Source: Candidatus Methylomirabilis oxygeniifera (GTDB lineage: Bacteria > Methylomirabilota > Methylomirabilia > Methylomirabilales > Methylomirabilaceae). From it: a stretch of 32,000 nt of DNA. Location of the stretch: positions 2,640,001 to 2,672,000 of the forward strand of contig FP565575.1 of NCBI GenBank assembly GCA_000091165.1. The letters are read 5' to 3'. Numbering within the stretch: the stretch's first letter is position 1; each line of letters starts with the position of its first letter. Shown piece after piece: positions 1-8,745 of the stretch. Made by a program: the position numbers and the translations under genes. The notes beneath the pieces were generated by a model. The model was not told where the DNA came from and made no database searches. It was given only the letters and a program-made list of their open reading frames with translations.

Positions 1-156
1 ATAACTGAATGCTCAGAAAGCCGAACCGGGCCTGTAGAGACTTTATTAAAGAATTGACCTGCTGCGTGGTCCAGCTAATCGCGTGATTTTCACGTACTGG
101 ATGACCTTGGTGTGGACCAAAGTGAAAGCCGAATCAGATTCTCTTATACCATACCC

Positions 157-888
157 ATGAAACAGGATGACATATTGCGGAATCTTTCGGCGCGGGCCGG
201 TCGGGCGGTGGCCCATTACTGGGCAACCAGGGCTGCCCAACGAGACAGGCAGAAGCAGACCGGAAAGGCCGATCAGGGGCTGCGCAGCGCTGTGACCGGC
301 GGAGCGCAGATGGATGGATTCATTGACCTCTTCACCGAACTCATTACGGCCGCCGGGATACCTGCGCGGTACATCTTTCGGAGCAAGGACGTGGAGCTTC
401 CGGGATTCTTCCGTCCCACCAAGGAATGGGACCTGCTCGTCATCCGCGAGAAAACGCTACTCATTGCCATTGAAGCTAAGTCACAGGTCGGACCGTCGTT
501 CGGCAACAACTTCAACAACCGAACCGAGGAGGCGATGGGAAGCGCGCTCGACCTCTGGACCGCGTATCGGGAACATGCCTACCTCGCAAGTCCTCAACCG
601 TTCCTCGGCTACTTCTTCATGTTGGAGGACTGCGATGCCTCCAACAACCCGGTGAAAGTGCGGGAACCGCACTTCAAGGTTTTTCCGGAGTTTGTCGGCG
701 CGTCGTATTGTCGTCGGTACGAACTCTTCTGCCGAAAGCTTGTGCTTGAGCGATACTACACAACATCAGCGTTCATCACCTCGACGGCCAGCGACGGTAG
801 CAGGGGCCTGTTTTCAACGCCGGCGGACGACCTCTCGCTTGAGCGTTTCGCCAAGATTCTTGTCGGCCATTTGGCGGCCTTTGTGTGA
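157..888 (+). CDS. Type II restriction endonuclease, XhoI/PaeR7I family
   Basis: ORF track 112..888; likely start at internal Met (MKQDDILRN...) at 157. Contains AVTGGAQMDGFIDL, LPGFFRPTKEWDLLVIREKTLLIAIEAKSQVGPSFGNNFNNRTEEAMGSALDLW, matching the XhoI/PaeR7I family with a (P)D...EAK catalytic core. Confidence 0.9.
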   Translation: MKQDDILRNLSARAGRAVAHYWATRAAQRDRQKQTGKADQGLRSAVTGGAQMDGFIDLFTELITAAGIPARYIFRSKDVELPGFFRPTKEWDLLVIREKTLLIAIEAKSQVGPSFGNNFNNRTEEAMGSALDLWTAYREHAYLASPQPFLGYFFMLEDCDASNNPVKVREPHFKVFPEFVGASYCRRYELFCRKLVLERYYTTSAFITSTASDGSRGLFSTPADDLSLERFAKILVGHLAAFV

Positions 889-892
889 CCAG

Positions 893-1801
893 ATGGGAAC
901 AACGATGCACAGGCTGATCAACGGGGATTCGCGGGACCTCTCGTTCCTGCCGGACGCATCAGTCCATCTTATCGTCACGTCACCGCCGTACTGGAATCTC
1001 AAGCGGTATAACGAGAATCCGGACCAGCTTGGGCACATTCAGGAGTACGAAGCCTTCCTGTTTGAGTTGGAGAAGGTCTGGCGGCATGTCTACCGAATTC
1101 TCGTGCCCGGCGGTCGTTTAGTCTGCGTGGTCGGAGATGTGTGCGTTGCTCGGCGCGATTTTGGCCGGCACCTGGTTTTTCCACTGCATGCCGATATTTG
1201 CGTCGTATGCCGGCGGATCGGATTTGATAACTTAAACCCGATCATCTGGCACAAGATCGCTAACGCCTCCTATGAAGTTGAGAACGGGTCCAAGTTTCTT
1301 GGGAAGCCGTACGAGCCGAACGCCATCATCAAGAATGATATGGAATTCATCCTGATGCAGCGAAAACCCGGCGGGTACAGAAAGCCAACGAATCAACAGC
1401 GTGATGCAAGCCGAATCCGGAAAGATGACTTTGGCCAATGGTTTCAGCAGATATGGACTATCCCAGGCGCTTCGACTAAACAGCATCCCGCACCGTTCCC
1501 ATTGGAACTTGCCACCCGTCTGATTCGTATGTTCTCCTTCACGGGCGACACCGTCTTAGATCCTTTTTGCGGTTCCGGGACCACAATGATTGCGGCTCTG
1601 CGGACAGGCCGAAACAGCATCGGCGTTGAGATCGATCCGGAGTATTGCCGAATGGCTGCACGCTACCTCAAAGCTGAGGCCGGCGATCTTTTCTCGACCG
1701 TCCAGCTCCTGTTTGAAAAGACGGCCACCGAAACAGCGAGCCTTGTCAAGGAAGATCACGCTCTCTACGAAGTTCGACCAGCGAGGAAAAAACTCGAATA
1801 G
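893..1801 (+). CDS. Site-specific DNA methyltransferase (N4-cytosine/N6-adenine type), partner of the upstream endonuclease
   Basis: Track ORF 692..1801; homologous part starts at ATG 893 (MGTTMHRLINGDSRDLSFLPDASVHLIVTSPPYW). Motif IV TSPPYW precedes motif I DPFCGSGTTMIAAL, i.e. beta-type motif order. Begins 4 bp after the endonuclease stop. Confidence 0.9.
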   Translation: MGTTMHRLINGDSRDLSFLPDASVHLIVTSPPYWNLKRYNENPDQLGHIQEYEAFLFELEKVWRHVYRILVPGGRLVCVVGDVCVARRDFGRHLVFPLHADICVVCRRIGFDNLNPIIWHKIANASYEVENGSKFLGKPYEPNAIIKNDMEFILMQRKPGGYRKPTNQQRDASRIRKDDFGQWFQQIWTIPGASTKQHPAPFPLELATRLIRMFSFTGDTVLDPFCGSGTTMIAALRTGRNSIGVEIDPEYCRMAARYLKAEAGDLFSTVQLLFEKTATETASLVKEDHALYEVRPARKKLE

Positions 1802-1840
1802 GCCAACAAGCACATGCGGCGGGCGGTGGTGATGGCCGGG

Positions 1841-2113
1841 TTAACGCTCCAGGGCCAGGACGCTGAGTATTTCATTATGGAGCAGGCTGTTACTGGCTAC
1901 AATCTGTGGATTCGAAAGGACATATGGTCTGCCGCGAAGATCGGTGACCCGCCCGCCCGCCTCTGTTGCCATCAGCGAACCCGCCGCTATGTGCGGATAC
2001 AGCTTCATCTCCCGGAAACCGTCGAACCGTTCGGCAGCCATATAGCACAGGTCGAATGTCGGTACGCGCCAAGGTCGGCGTAACCATCCATCGATAAAGC
2101 TGAAGATCATCAT
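1841..2113 (-). pseudogene. C-terminal fragment of an inositol monophosphatase (SuhB-like) family protein
   Basis: 90-aa ORF FDLCYMAAERFDGFREMKLYPHIAAGSLMATEAGGRVTDLRG...IVASNSLLHNEILSVL resembles only the last third of IMPase (canonical ...DLCYVAAGRxDGFWExxLxPWDxAAGxLxxxEAGG...). N-terminal metal-binding motifs are absent; the W-D of the canonical PWD motif is changed (YPHIAAG). Confidence 0.7.
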
Positions 2114-2129
2114 AGTGGTGTGACGCCGA

Positions 2130-3041
2130 ATGGATCGTGTGACCGGACTCTTCCCGCTCTGGGCAGTGCTTATCTCGGCTGCCGCTATCGTTTATCCTGC
2201 GCCGTTGATCCCGCTCAAATGGGCGATTGTGCCGCTGTTGGGGGTCGTCATGTTCGGCATGGGTGTGACGCTGACGCCGCGCGATTTCACGGCCATCATG
2301 AAGCGGCCCCTCACTATCGCCCTCGGTGTGGTCTTACAGTTTCTTCTGATGCCTTTGATCGGGTGGCTGTTGACCCGGCTCCTCTCCCTCCCATTATCCC
2401 TGGCGGTGGGCGTCATCTTGGTGGGCGCGGCGCCTGGCGGGACCGCCTCGAATGTGATTACCTATCTGGCAAGGGGCGATGTGGCGCTCTCCATCACCCT
2501 AACCTCAATATCGACCATACTGGCCGTGGTGATGACGCCGCTGCTCACCTGGCTGTACATCGGGCAGTTGGTCGCCGTGCCTACCGGCGATATGCTGCTC
2601 AGTATCCTGGAGATTATCCTGGTCCCAGTGGCGTGTGGCATCTTCGTCAATGCGCGATGGGGCGGTCGACTGGGGAGTGTAAAGCGGCTGTTCCCCCTCA
2701 TTTCTATCGTCGGGATCGTCCTCATCATCGGAGTGATTGTTGCGCTGAATCAATCGCAACTGTCCACGCTGGTCGTTCCCGTCGTTATCGCCGTGATTCT
2801 ACACAACCTCTTGGGGCTGACAGGCGGGTACATGGTCCCCAAAGCGTTCGGGTTCGACTCTACCATCTGCCGAACGATTGCCATCGAGGTCGGCATGCAG
2901 AATTCTGGGCTGGCCGTGGCGCTGGCTGTCAAATATTTTTCGCCTGCCGCGGCGCTTCCTGGCGCCCTCTTCAGCATCTGGCATAACCTGTCAGGCGCGG
3001 CGCTGGCAAGCGTCTGGTCCCGAACCGGCCGACCGAGATAG
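2130..3041 (+). CDS. Bile acid:sodium symporter (BASS) family transporter
   Basis: Multi-TM protein: GVVMFGMGVTLTPRDFTAIMKRPLTIALGVVLQFLLMPLIGWLL, VGAAPGGTASNVITYLARGDVALSITLTSISTILAVVMTPLLT, typical of BASS family. Confidence 0.93.
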   Translation: MDRVTGLFPLWAVLISAAAIVYPAPLIPLKWAIVPLLGVVMFGMGVTLTPRDFTAIMKRPLTIALGVVLQFLLMPLIGWLLTRLLSLPLSLAVGVILVGAAPGGTASNVITYLARGDVALSITLTSISTILAVVMTPLLTWLYIGQLVAVPTGDMLLSILEIILVPVACGIFVNARWGGRLGSVKRLFPLISIVGIVLIIGVIVALNQSQLSTLVVPVVIAVILHNLLGLTGGYMVPKAFGFDSTICRTIAIEVGMQNSGLAVALAVKYFSPAAALPGALFSIWHNLSGAALASVWSRTGRPR

Positions 3042-3250
3042 GACACTGGTCCTCACATGGTCGCGATGCAGCGCCGTCATGTACTTCTTCGTACTCCCAC
3101 CGATATGAGGCCCCACACGGTTTGGTCAGAACCCACTCGCCAAGGCACAGTTTTTGCTTGCACTTTAGGCGCCCAATAAGGTAGACCTCAATGCAGACCA
3201 TAAGCTAGCCGAAGCTGAACCGGGCGTAAGTTCATTGAGGAGCCCCGCGC

Positions 3251-3553
3251 ATGAGCCCGAAAATCGCTATCGACCGCGACCAGATCGCCGACTTCTGCCG
3301 TCGTCACCATATCCGCAAGCTGGCACTCTTCGGCTCCGTACTTCGAGACGATTTCAGGCCGGACAGCGATGTCGATGTGCTGGTGGAGTTCGAGCCAGGG
3401 CACGTTCCAGGGCTAAGGTTTATTCAGATGCAAAACGAGCTTTCAACGATATTGGGAGGGTGGACGGTTGATCTTGTCACGCCCAAATTCCTTAACAAGC
3501 GTGTCCGTGGTCGCGTGCTTGCCGACGCGGAGATACAATATGCAAAAGGATGA
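3251..3553 (+). CDS. MNT-domain minimal nucleotidyltransferase (MntA-like antitoxin candidate)
   Basis: LALFGSVLRDDFRPDSDVDVLVEF = GSX10DXD nucleotidyltransferase motif; ~100 aa; overlaps the next HEPN gene by 14 bp. Confidence 0.88.
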   Translation: MSPKIAIDRDQIADFCRRHHIRKLALFGSVLRDDFRPDSDVDVLVEFEPGHVPGLRFIQMQNELSTILGGWTVDLVTPKFLNKRVRGRVLADAEIQYAKG

Positions 3554-3890
3554 CCTCGTCTATCTTGGTCACATGTTGGACACCGCCCGCAAAGCGTTCG
3601 ATAAAACACGCGGGAAGGGCCGGCTGGATTATGACGGTGATGAGAATCTGCGTCTGGCTTTAGCCCACTTGATCCAGATTATCGGTGAGGCGGCCAGGCG
3701 TGTTTCGTCGGAAGGGCGTACATCACACCCGGAAATTCCTTGGTCAGACATCATGGGGATGCGCCATAAGGTTGTCCACGATTACCTGGACGTGGATGAG
3801 GACATCGTTTGGGAAGTGGTGACGAGCGATCTACCGAGTCTTGTGAGCGCCTTGGAGAGGATTGTCCCACCCGAAGAGGTCGGTGCATGA
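3540..3890 (+). CDS. HEPN/DUF86 (HepT-like) toxin candidate
   Basis: Track ORF 3468..3890; likely ATG at 3540 (MQKDDLVYLGHMLDTARKAF...). Contains GEAARRVS and MRHKVVHDYLDVD (RX4-6H HEPN RNase motif region). Confidence 0.88.
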   Translation: MQKDDLVYLGHMLDTARKAFDKTRGKGRLDYDGDENLRLALAHLIQIIGEAARRVSSEGRTSHPEIPWSDIMGMRHKVVHDYLDVDEDIVWEVVTSDLPSLVSALERIVPPEEVGA

Positions 3891-3893
3891 GCG

Positions 3894-3921
3894 ACCATAT
3901 CACTATCCACTGTGATATGGT
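3894..3921. repeat. Perfect 10-bp inverted repeat ACCATATCAC-N8-GTGATATGGT just after the HEPN gene
   Basis: Read directly: accatatcac tatccact gtgatatggt. No T-tract follows, so not a classical terminator. Confidence 0.6.
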
Positions 3922-4016
3922 TACCAGGCCTGAATGGCTGAACTTGCGTGGGGAGAACGGATGAGTAAAGCCTGAAAGGCTCAAGCTGAAAGATCTGGGG
4001 TGGACGAGTTTCCTGG

Positions 4017-4160
4017 GTCTGCTCCCCCAAGGAAAACCGAGGTCAAGATCACGCCTGCCAAGGGAAGGCCGATGCTGACCTGGGTTGGGAAGCGGCCGCT
4101 CTCGTTCGTCACTGCCTTCCCCGCTCAGCATGTGGCGACCTTCGCGCCGCCCCAATCATC
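4017..4160 (+). pseudogene. Possible remnant of the N-terminus of a DNA methylase (decayed)
   Basis: Translated segment EVKITPAKGRPMLTWVGKRPLSFVTAFPAQHVATF resembles the start of some site-specific adenine methylases (VGKRPL...FPAQ), followed by stops/no continuing ORF. Confidence 0.3.
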
Positions 4161-4381
4161 GACATGCTCGGCGAAGGGGCCCTAGTCACGCTGCAGACGA
4201 AGGGACGCTAGTCTTGCTGTCTCAATTGGCCAGTCAGAAGATCAGTTGTTTTCCTCTTCCCAACTGGCCTCGATTCTCTCTCTTGTGCTACATGCCGATG
4301 GAATCCCTATTGTCGACAGTAATCAAGGCTACCGATTAGGAGACATTAGGAGACAGCAATATTCTCGGAGGCGATGTTTGC

Positions 4382-5008
4382 ATGATATTTCAGGTTAGCC
4401 CCCATTTTACAAGTAAGAAGCTTAGCTCAGGCAGTCTTGAAGACAGGATCGATATCTATGAAGATCGCATTAAGGGATGGTTTCTCAACCCCGCGCGATC
4501 CTTGCTGGCTGTACCCAACTCGGAGCTGGCAGTCCTTCAGCTTTCAATCGGATACTTCGAAGGCTACGCAATCTACCGTAACGGTTCCGATAGCAGGCGC
4601 CACTCAAAGAAGTTCTTCTGCCAGGCATTCATGGAGGCCTTTCCCTACTCGAGACGTGGAACGGTACAAGGAATAGACCCGTCTCTGGATCTCATAGAGA
4701 AGCTGCCAGTTTTCCTCTATGAGGAGGCTCGGTGTGGGCTTTTTCACGACGGAATGATAGGACGTAGGATCGTGCTGGCTTCCTCCTCGGCACCAATATC
4801 GGTCTCAGCCCATAAGATTACTGGAGACGTCGGAGCGATCGTCATTGATCCAAGAAAATTTTTAGAGGCTGTGGAGGCGCATTTTACCGCCTATACCGCT
4901 AAACTTCGCGATCGCAATAACCCGGAACTACGAGCGAATTTCAACGCAGCTTGGGAATTGAAGAATCCTCCAGTGCCTCTTCGCTTTCCTCTGGGTGGTA
5001 TCCCATGA
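4382..5008 (+). CDS. Hypothetical protein with HEPN-like RX4H motif
   Basis: 208-aa ORF in the 4.4-5.0 kb region; no strong overlapping alternative ORF. Motif LYEEARCGLFHDGMIG (R-X4-H) resembles the active-site helix of HEPN-superfamily proteins. Confidence 0.6.
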   Translation: MIFQVSPHFTSKKLSSGSLEDRIDIYEDRIKGWFLNPARSLLAVPNSELAVLQLSIGYFEGYAIYRNGSDSRRHSKKFFCQAFMEAFPYSRRGTVQGIDPSLDLIEKLPVFLYEEARCGLFHDGMIGRRIVLASSSAPISVSAHKITGDVGAIVIDPRKFLEAVEAHFTAYTAKLRDRNNPELRANFNAAWELKNPPVPLRFPLGGIP

Positions 5009-5080
5009 GGTGTTGGCTATTTAGCGGGTGCCAACCTCTCTAACCATCAGCCTAAGTTTAAGTCGCGATAGGTTGCTAGG

Positions 5081-6190
5081 TTATAGTTGCTGGCGGAAGG
5101 GTGTGGCGTAGCCGGTCATTTCGAGATACCCCACGCCGGAGATCGGTCGGTCACCCACAGTCCCCGACACTGAAACCGATCCCTCCCAGTAGGTCACCAG
5201 AGTGCTGCCTCTCGTGTCCAGCTCCTGATCGGGAAACGCTGCCTGCACCGACAGGTCGAGGCGGCGACTGGGGACCTGTATCCGCCAACGGATCGGGTAT
5301 CGGCCGCTGCTCTTTGGACTCTGCCAGACCGCTTGCGGCGTGAGTTGGAAGGCGCTGAAGGGCAGATGCTCAATGCGCCCATCCGGATAGATCAGGCTGC
5401 CGCTCGAGTGGGGATCGGGGCGGCCATCCGTCAGACGGAGCTGATAGAGCATCAGTTCGACACCATCCTCAAGCTGGATCGCGAACCAGTCCCAACCTAC
5501 CTGCGATTCTGTAAGTTGGCTACTCCCGAATTCGTGATCCATCCAGGTTGATCCGGTTACGGTTTGCCGCTTTCCTCCGAAGGTCAAGGTGCCGCCGGTA
5601 GTCATCCTTGTAAGTGAGTAGTAGTGGGAGGCATGGCCGAGCCCTTCCGCCTTTTGGCTTACACCCTGACTGCCATGGATGGCGGGCGGTTTCGTCAGGG
5701 TCAGGGTGAGATCGATCGCATACCCTTCCGCACTCGCGGTCACACGGTGAACCTTTCCATCTCCACCGGCTTCCCACTGGCCGTTCCAGACCTTGAACTC
5801 TTTAGTCAAAGCGCCGGCCGAATCCAGGGCGCCGCGGCTTCGACGCTCCCAGTATTGGAAGCGGCGGTGCGTGAGGTCCGAGATGGCGAAGTGGGCCAGA
5901 TGCAGGTCGGACACCGCCCAGCGGGACCGGCTATTGCCACGCAGTACAGGATCGATGCCAACCCGAAAGAAGGTCAGTTGGTAACCGAACCGCTGTCCGT
6001 CCACAGTCTGTAGATGGCCGGAATAGTACCACCATTCGGTCTTGAAGTCGGGATGCGAGGCGTGGTCCCGCGGAAAGGCGAATCGATAGCCGGGAAGCGC
6101 CGGTCGGAAGGCCGCTTCTGCCGGCGTCCCGAGACCGCTGAGCAGATAGAGGAGCACTACTATCCCGATCCTGAACCCCTTATCCCTCAT
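5081..6190 (-). CDS. Lipocalin-like / AttH-CrtC (carotenoid 1,2-hydratase-like) domain secreted protein
   Basis: N-terminal signal-like segment; FPRDHASHPDFKTEWWYYSGHLQ, GYQLTFFR, AHFAISDL, WMDHEFGSSQL...GWDWFAIQL are characteristic of this family. Overlaps start with downstream-coded permease as an operon. Confidence 0.9.
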   Translation of the reverse strand: MRDKGFRIGIVVLLYLLSGLGTPAEAAFRPALPGYRFAFPRDHASHPDFKTEWWYYSGHLQTVDGQRFGYQLTFFRVGIDPVLRGNSRSRWAVSDLHLAHFAISDLTHRRFQYWERRSRGALDSAGALTKEFKVWNGQWEAGGDGKVHRVTASAEGYAIDLTLTLTKPPAIHGSQGVSQKAEGLGHASHYYSLTRMTTGGTLTFGGKRQTVTGSTWMDHEFGSSQLTESQVGWDWFAIQLEDGVELMLYQLRLTDGRPDPHSSGSLIYPDGRIEHLPFSAFQLTPQAVWQSPKSSGRYPIRWRIQVPSRRLDLSVQAAFPDQELDTRGSTLVTYWEGSVSVSGTVGDRPISGVGYLEMTGYATPFRQQL

Positions 6191-8744
6191 ACGCTACCGC
6201 TGCTGCGATGTTCAGGCGGGCCGCCTGCCTGGCAGGCAGGTAGCCGGCCAGTAAGGCCGCGCCGAGTGTGATGATCGACGACTTGAGGACAACCCACCAG
6301 GAGAACTGAAACTGAATAGTCCAGCCGAACGACTGCTTATTGATGACATGGATCAGAATGAGCGACAACGCGATGCCGGCCAACAGGCCAAGCAGTTCGG
6401 CCCACAAGCCAAGGAGTCCCGCTTCTCCAAGGACAATTCGTAGAAGCTGCGCCCTCGTCGCCCCGACCGACCGCAGTACGCCGATCTCCCGACGGCGACT
6501 CAGGACCGAGGCCCACAAGACGTTGAAGATCCCGAGGATGCCCACCAGGATTGCGATCAGCTCCAGGGCGCGCGCTATCGCAAAGGTATTGTCAAAGATC
6601 TCCAGCACCCTGGCTTTCAACGCTCGATTCGAGTGGAGCACGATCGCGCCATCTTCGCCCGCAATCGCCAGAAGCTGCCGCCGCACAGCCGCCTCGTCGG
6701 CGCCCGGCTGAAGATAGATCGCCAGGATATCGGCTCCATATTCGCCCCCCATCCTCGCCCAGAGGCCCCGATCCATCACCACCTTGCCGCCATCGGTTGA
6801 GTAGTCATAGAAGACCCCGACAATCGGGAGTTCGACCCGACCTGAGGGGAGAACGAGAGGCAATCGGTTCCCCTCGGTGAGCCCTCTGGACAGCGCGAGG
6901 CTTTCCGAGATGATCACTCCGCCATCGGTCCTGGCGTGCTGAAGAACTGCAGCCGACTCCCCCTTCCTGAACAGGAGCCTGCCGTAACGCGCAAGTACCT
7001 CGAAGTCGCCCGCCGCGAGCAATCCGTCCTGTCCCAGCAATTCGACTCGCGTGCCGATGAACGGGTCAAGGGCGGCGATACCGGGGATCCTGGCGGCGCC
7101 CTCGATGAGGCTGTTCGGAAGCCTTGCCTGGCTCCCCTTCACGAAACGCGCAGCCGGCGACACGATGAGATCGGCCCGGATCGTCTGCTCCACCCATAGC
7201 TCCACCGTCCGCCGGAAGCTACCGATCATCAGGGTCAACCCAACCAGCATCGCAATAGCGGTCATCATCGCGGCGACTGCGACTGCGCTTCGCCCGACCT
7301 GCGAAGAGAGGTTGCTGGCCGCAAGCGTCAGCAGTGGAGCCCGGCTTCCCCCACAGAGGGCGTGAATGCCCACCCCGGTCAGGCGTAAGAGCTGGGGGGT
7401 GAAACAGGCGACCCCAAAGACGAGGCAAGCCAGAGAGAGATAACCGAAGAGGGGAGTACCACTAACCGGACCCGGGTGAGTCAGCAGGAACGAGGCGGTA
7501 AGCAGCAAGAGGCCGCACAGCAAAGCAAGCAGAGAGCGGCGCATCCAGGTCCTTTGAAAGGACCCGATCTGCATCGCGTCCTTCGGCGCGATCCGGCTCG
7601 CCGCATAGGCCGGCGCGAGGGAGGCCAACAGGGCGCCGACGCTTCCCAACCCGAGCGTTGTGAGTAGCAGGACCGGACTGACCTCGATCTCTTCTACCCG
7701 AAGGTAGGTATAGAGGGTTGAGACCGTCCTCGAGACGGTCTGCAGGAGTGCTCGGCCCAGCAGCAGCCCACCCCCGGCTCCAAGCAGCGAACCCAGCAGC
7801 CCAAGCGCCGCCCCTTCCGCGGCAAAGAGCGCGGCCAGTGCACCCCGCGTGAGCCCAAGTGAACGGAGGATGCCGATCTGACGCCGCCGCTCCAGGACCG
7901 AAAGGGAGACGGCATTGTAGACCAGGAAGAGGCTGACCAGCAGCGCGATCGCGCTCAGGGCGGTCAAGTTGAGACGAAACGCTCTGAGCATCTTCTCCAC
8001 CTGGTGGCCTCGCCGATCCGGTCGCTGGACGGTCAGATACGTGGGAAGGACGTTCGCCAGGCGTGCCCTGATCTCGTCCAGCGGCACCCGCTCATCCGTC
8101 ACCAGATCGATCCGATCGAGTCGCCCGATCTTCCCGAACGCCTCCTGGGCGGCAGCGATGTCCAGGATCGCGATATTGCCGTCGAAGGCCCTGGCCGGCC
8201 CTTGCGGGGCAAGTAGTCCCTTGATATTGAAACGCTGCCTCCTGGATCCGACCAGGAGGGTGAGGTGGCCACCTTTCTGCAGTCCGTGCGCCTCTGCAAA
8301 CGCCGCAGTCACAAAGATTACGTTTGGGCTGAGCAGCTCCTCGATTTGAGGCGGACGATCGCTGGCCACCAGTCGGTATTCCCGAAACGGGTCTTCGGCA
8401 AATAGATCGACCCCGATCAGTACAAGGGCTTCGCCCGGCTGATCAGCGACGGCAGCGACCGTTTGTATGATCGGCGCGGCCGCCGACACCCCGTCCAGTC
8501 GTTGCACTGCCGGCAGGAGCCGCTCATCGACACCCAGTTCGCCACCGGAGATCTCCAGCGTGGCCCGACCTGCCACCAGATCAATGGCCCGCGTAAACGA
8601 ACGCAGGACGCTCTCGTTGGTGGTTTGGATCGCAGTGAAGGTGGCGATGCCGATGGCGACACCCGTTACGGTGACCAGCACCCGGACCGGACTTGTCCAT
8701 AAATGGCGAAGGATGGTGAGTCGCATGACAGACCAGGTATGCAC
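6180..8744 (-). CDS. FtsX-like ABC transporter permease (MacB/LolC type, duplicated)
   Basis: 854 aa; IGIATFTAIQTTNESV N-terminus, two FtsX-type TM blocks (SVLERRRQIGILRSLGLTRGAL; SVLSRRREIGVLRSVGATRAQLLRI). Confidence 0.93.
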   Translation of the reverse strand: MHTWSVMRLTILRHLWTSPVRVLVTVTGVAIGIATFTAIQTTNESVLRSFTRAIDLVAGRATLEISGGELGVDERLLPAVQRLDGVSAAAPIIQTVAAVADQPGEALVLIGVDLFAEDPFREYRLVASDRPPQIEELLSPNVIFVTAAFAEAHGLQKGGHLTLLVGSRRQRFNIKGLLAPQGPARAFDGNIAILDIAAAQEAFGKIGRLDRIDLVTDERVPLDEIRARLANVLPTYLTVQRPDRRGHQVEKMLRAFRLNLTALSAIALLVSLFLVYNAVSLSVLERRRQIGILRSLGLTRGALAALFAAEGAALGLLGSLLGAGGGLLLGRALLQTVSRTVSTLYTYLRVEEIEVSPVLLLTTLGLGSVGALLASLAPAYAASRIAPKDAMQIGSFQRTWMRRSLLALLCGLLLLTASFLLTHPGPVSGTPLFGYLSLACLVFGVACFTPQLLRLTGVGIHALCGGSRAPLLTLAASNLSSQVGRSAVAVAAMMTAIAMLVGLTLMIGSFRRTVELWVEQTIRADLIVSPAARFVKGSQARLPNSLIEGAARIPGIAALDPFIGTRVELLGQDGLLAAGDFEVLARYGRLLFRKGESAAVLQHARTDGGVIISESLALSRGLTEGNRLPLVLPSGRVELPIVGVFYDYSTDGGKVVMDRGLWARMGGEYGADILAIYLQPGADEAAVRRQLLAIAGEDGAIVLHSNRALKARVLEIFDNTFAIARALELIAILVGILGIFNVLWASVLSRRREIGVLRSVGATRAQLLRIVLGEAGLLGLWAELLGLLAGIALSLILIHVINKQSFGWTIQFQFSWWVVLKSSIITLGAALLAGYLPARQAARLNIAAAVAYEG

Positions 8745-8745
8745 G

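Noticed and set aside
692-892. Track N-terminal extension of the methyltransferase ORF
   Set aside because: Overlaps the endonuclease coding frame and the methylase homology starts at ATG 893.
2120-2986. 288-aa + strand ORF overlapping the BASS transporter gene in another frame
   Set aside because: Compositionally a frame shadow (Ala/Arg/His/Pro-rich, no domain), whereas the 2130..3041 frame has clear transporter sequence.
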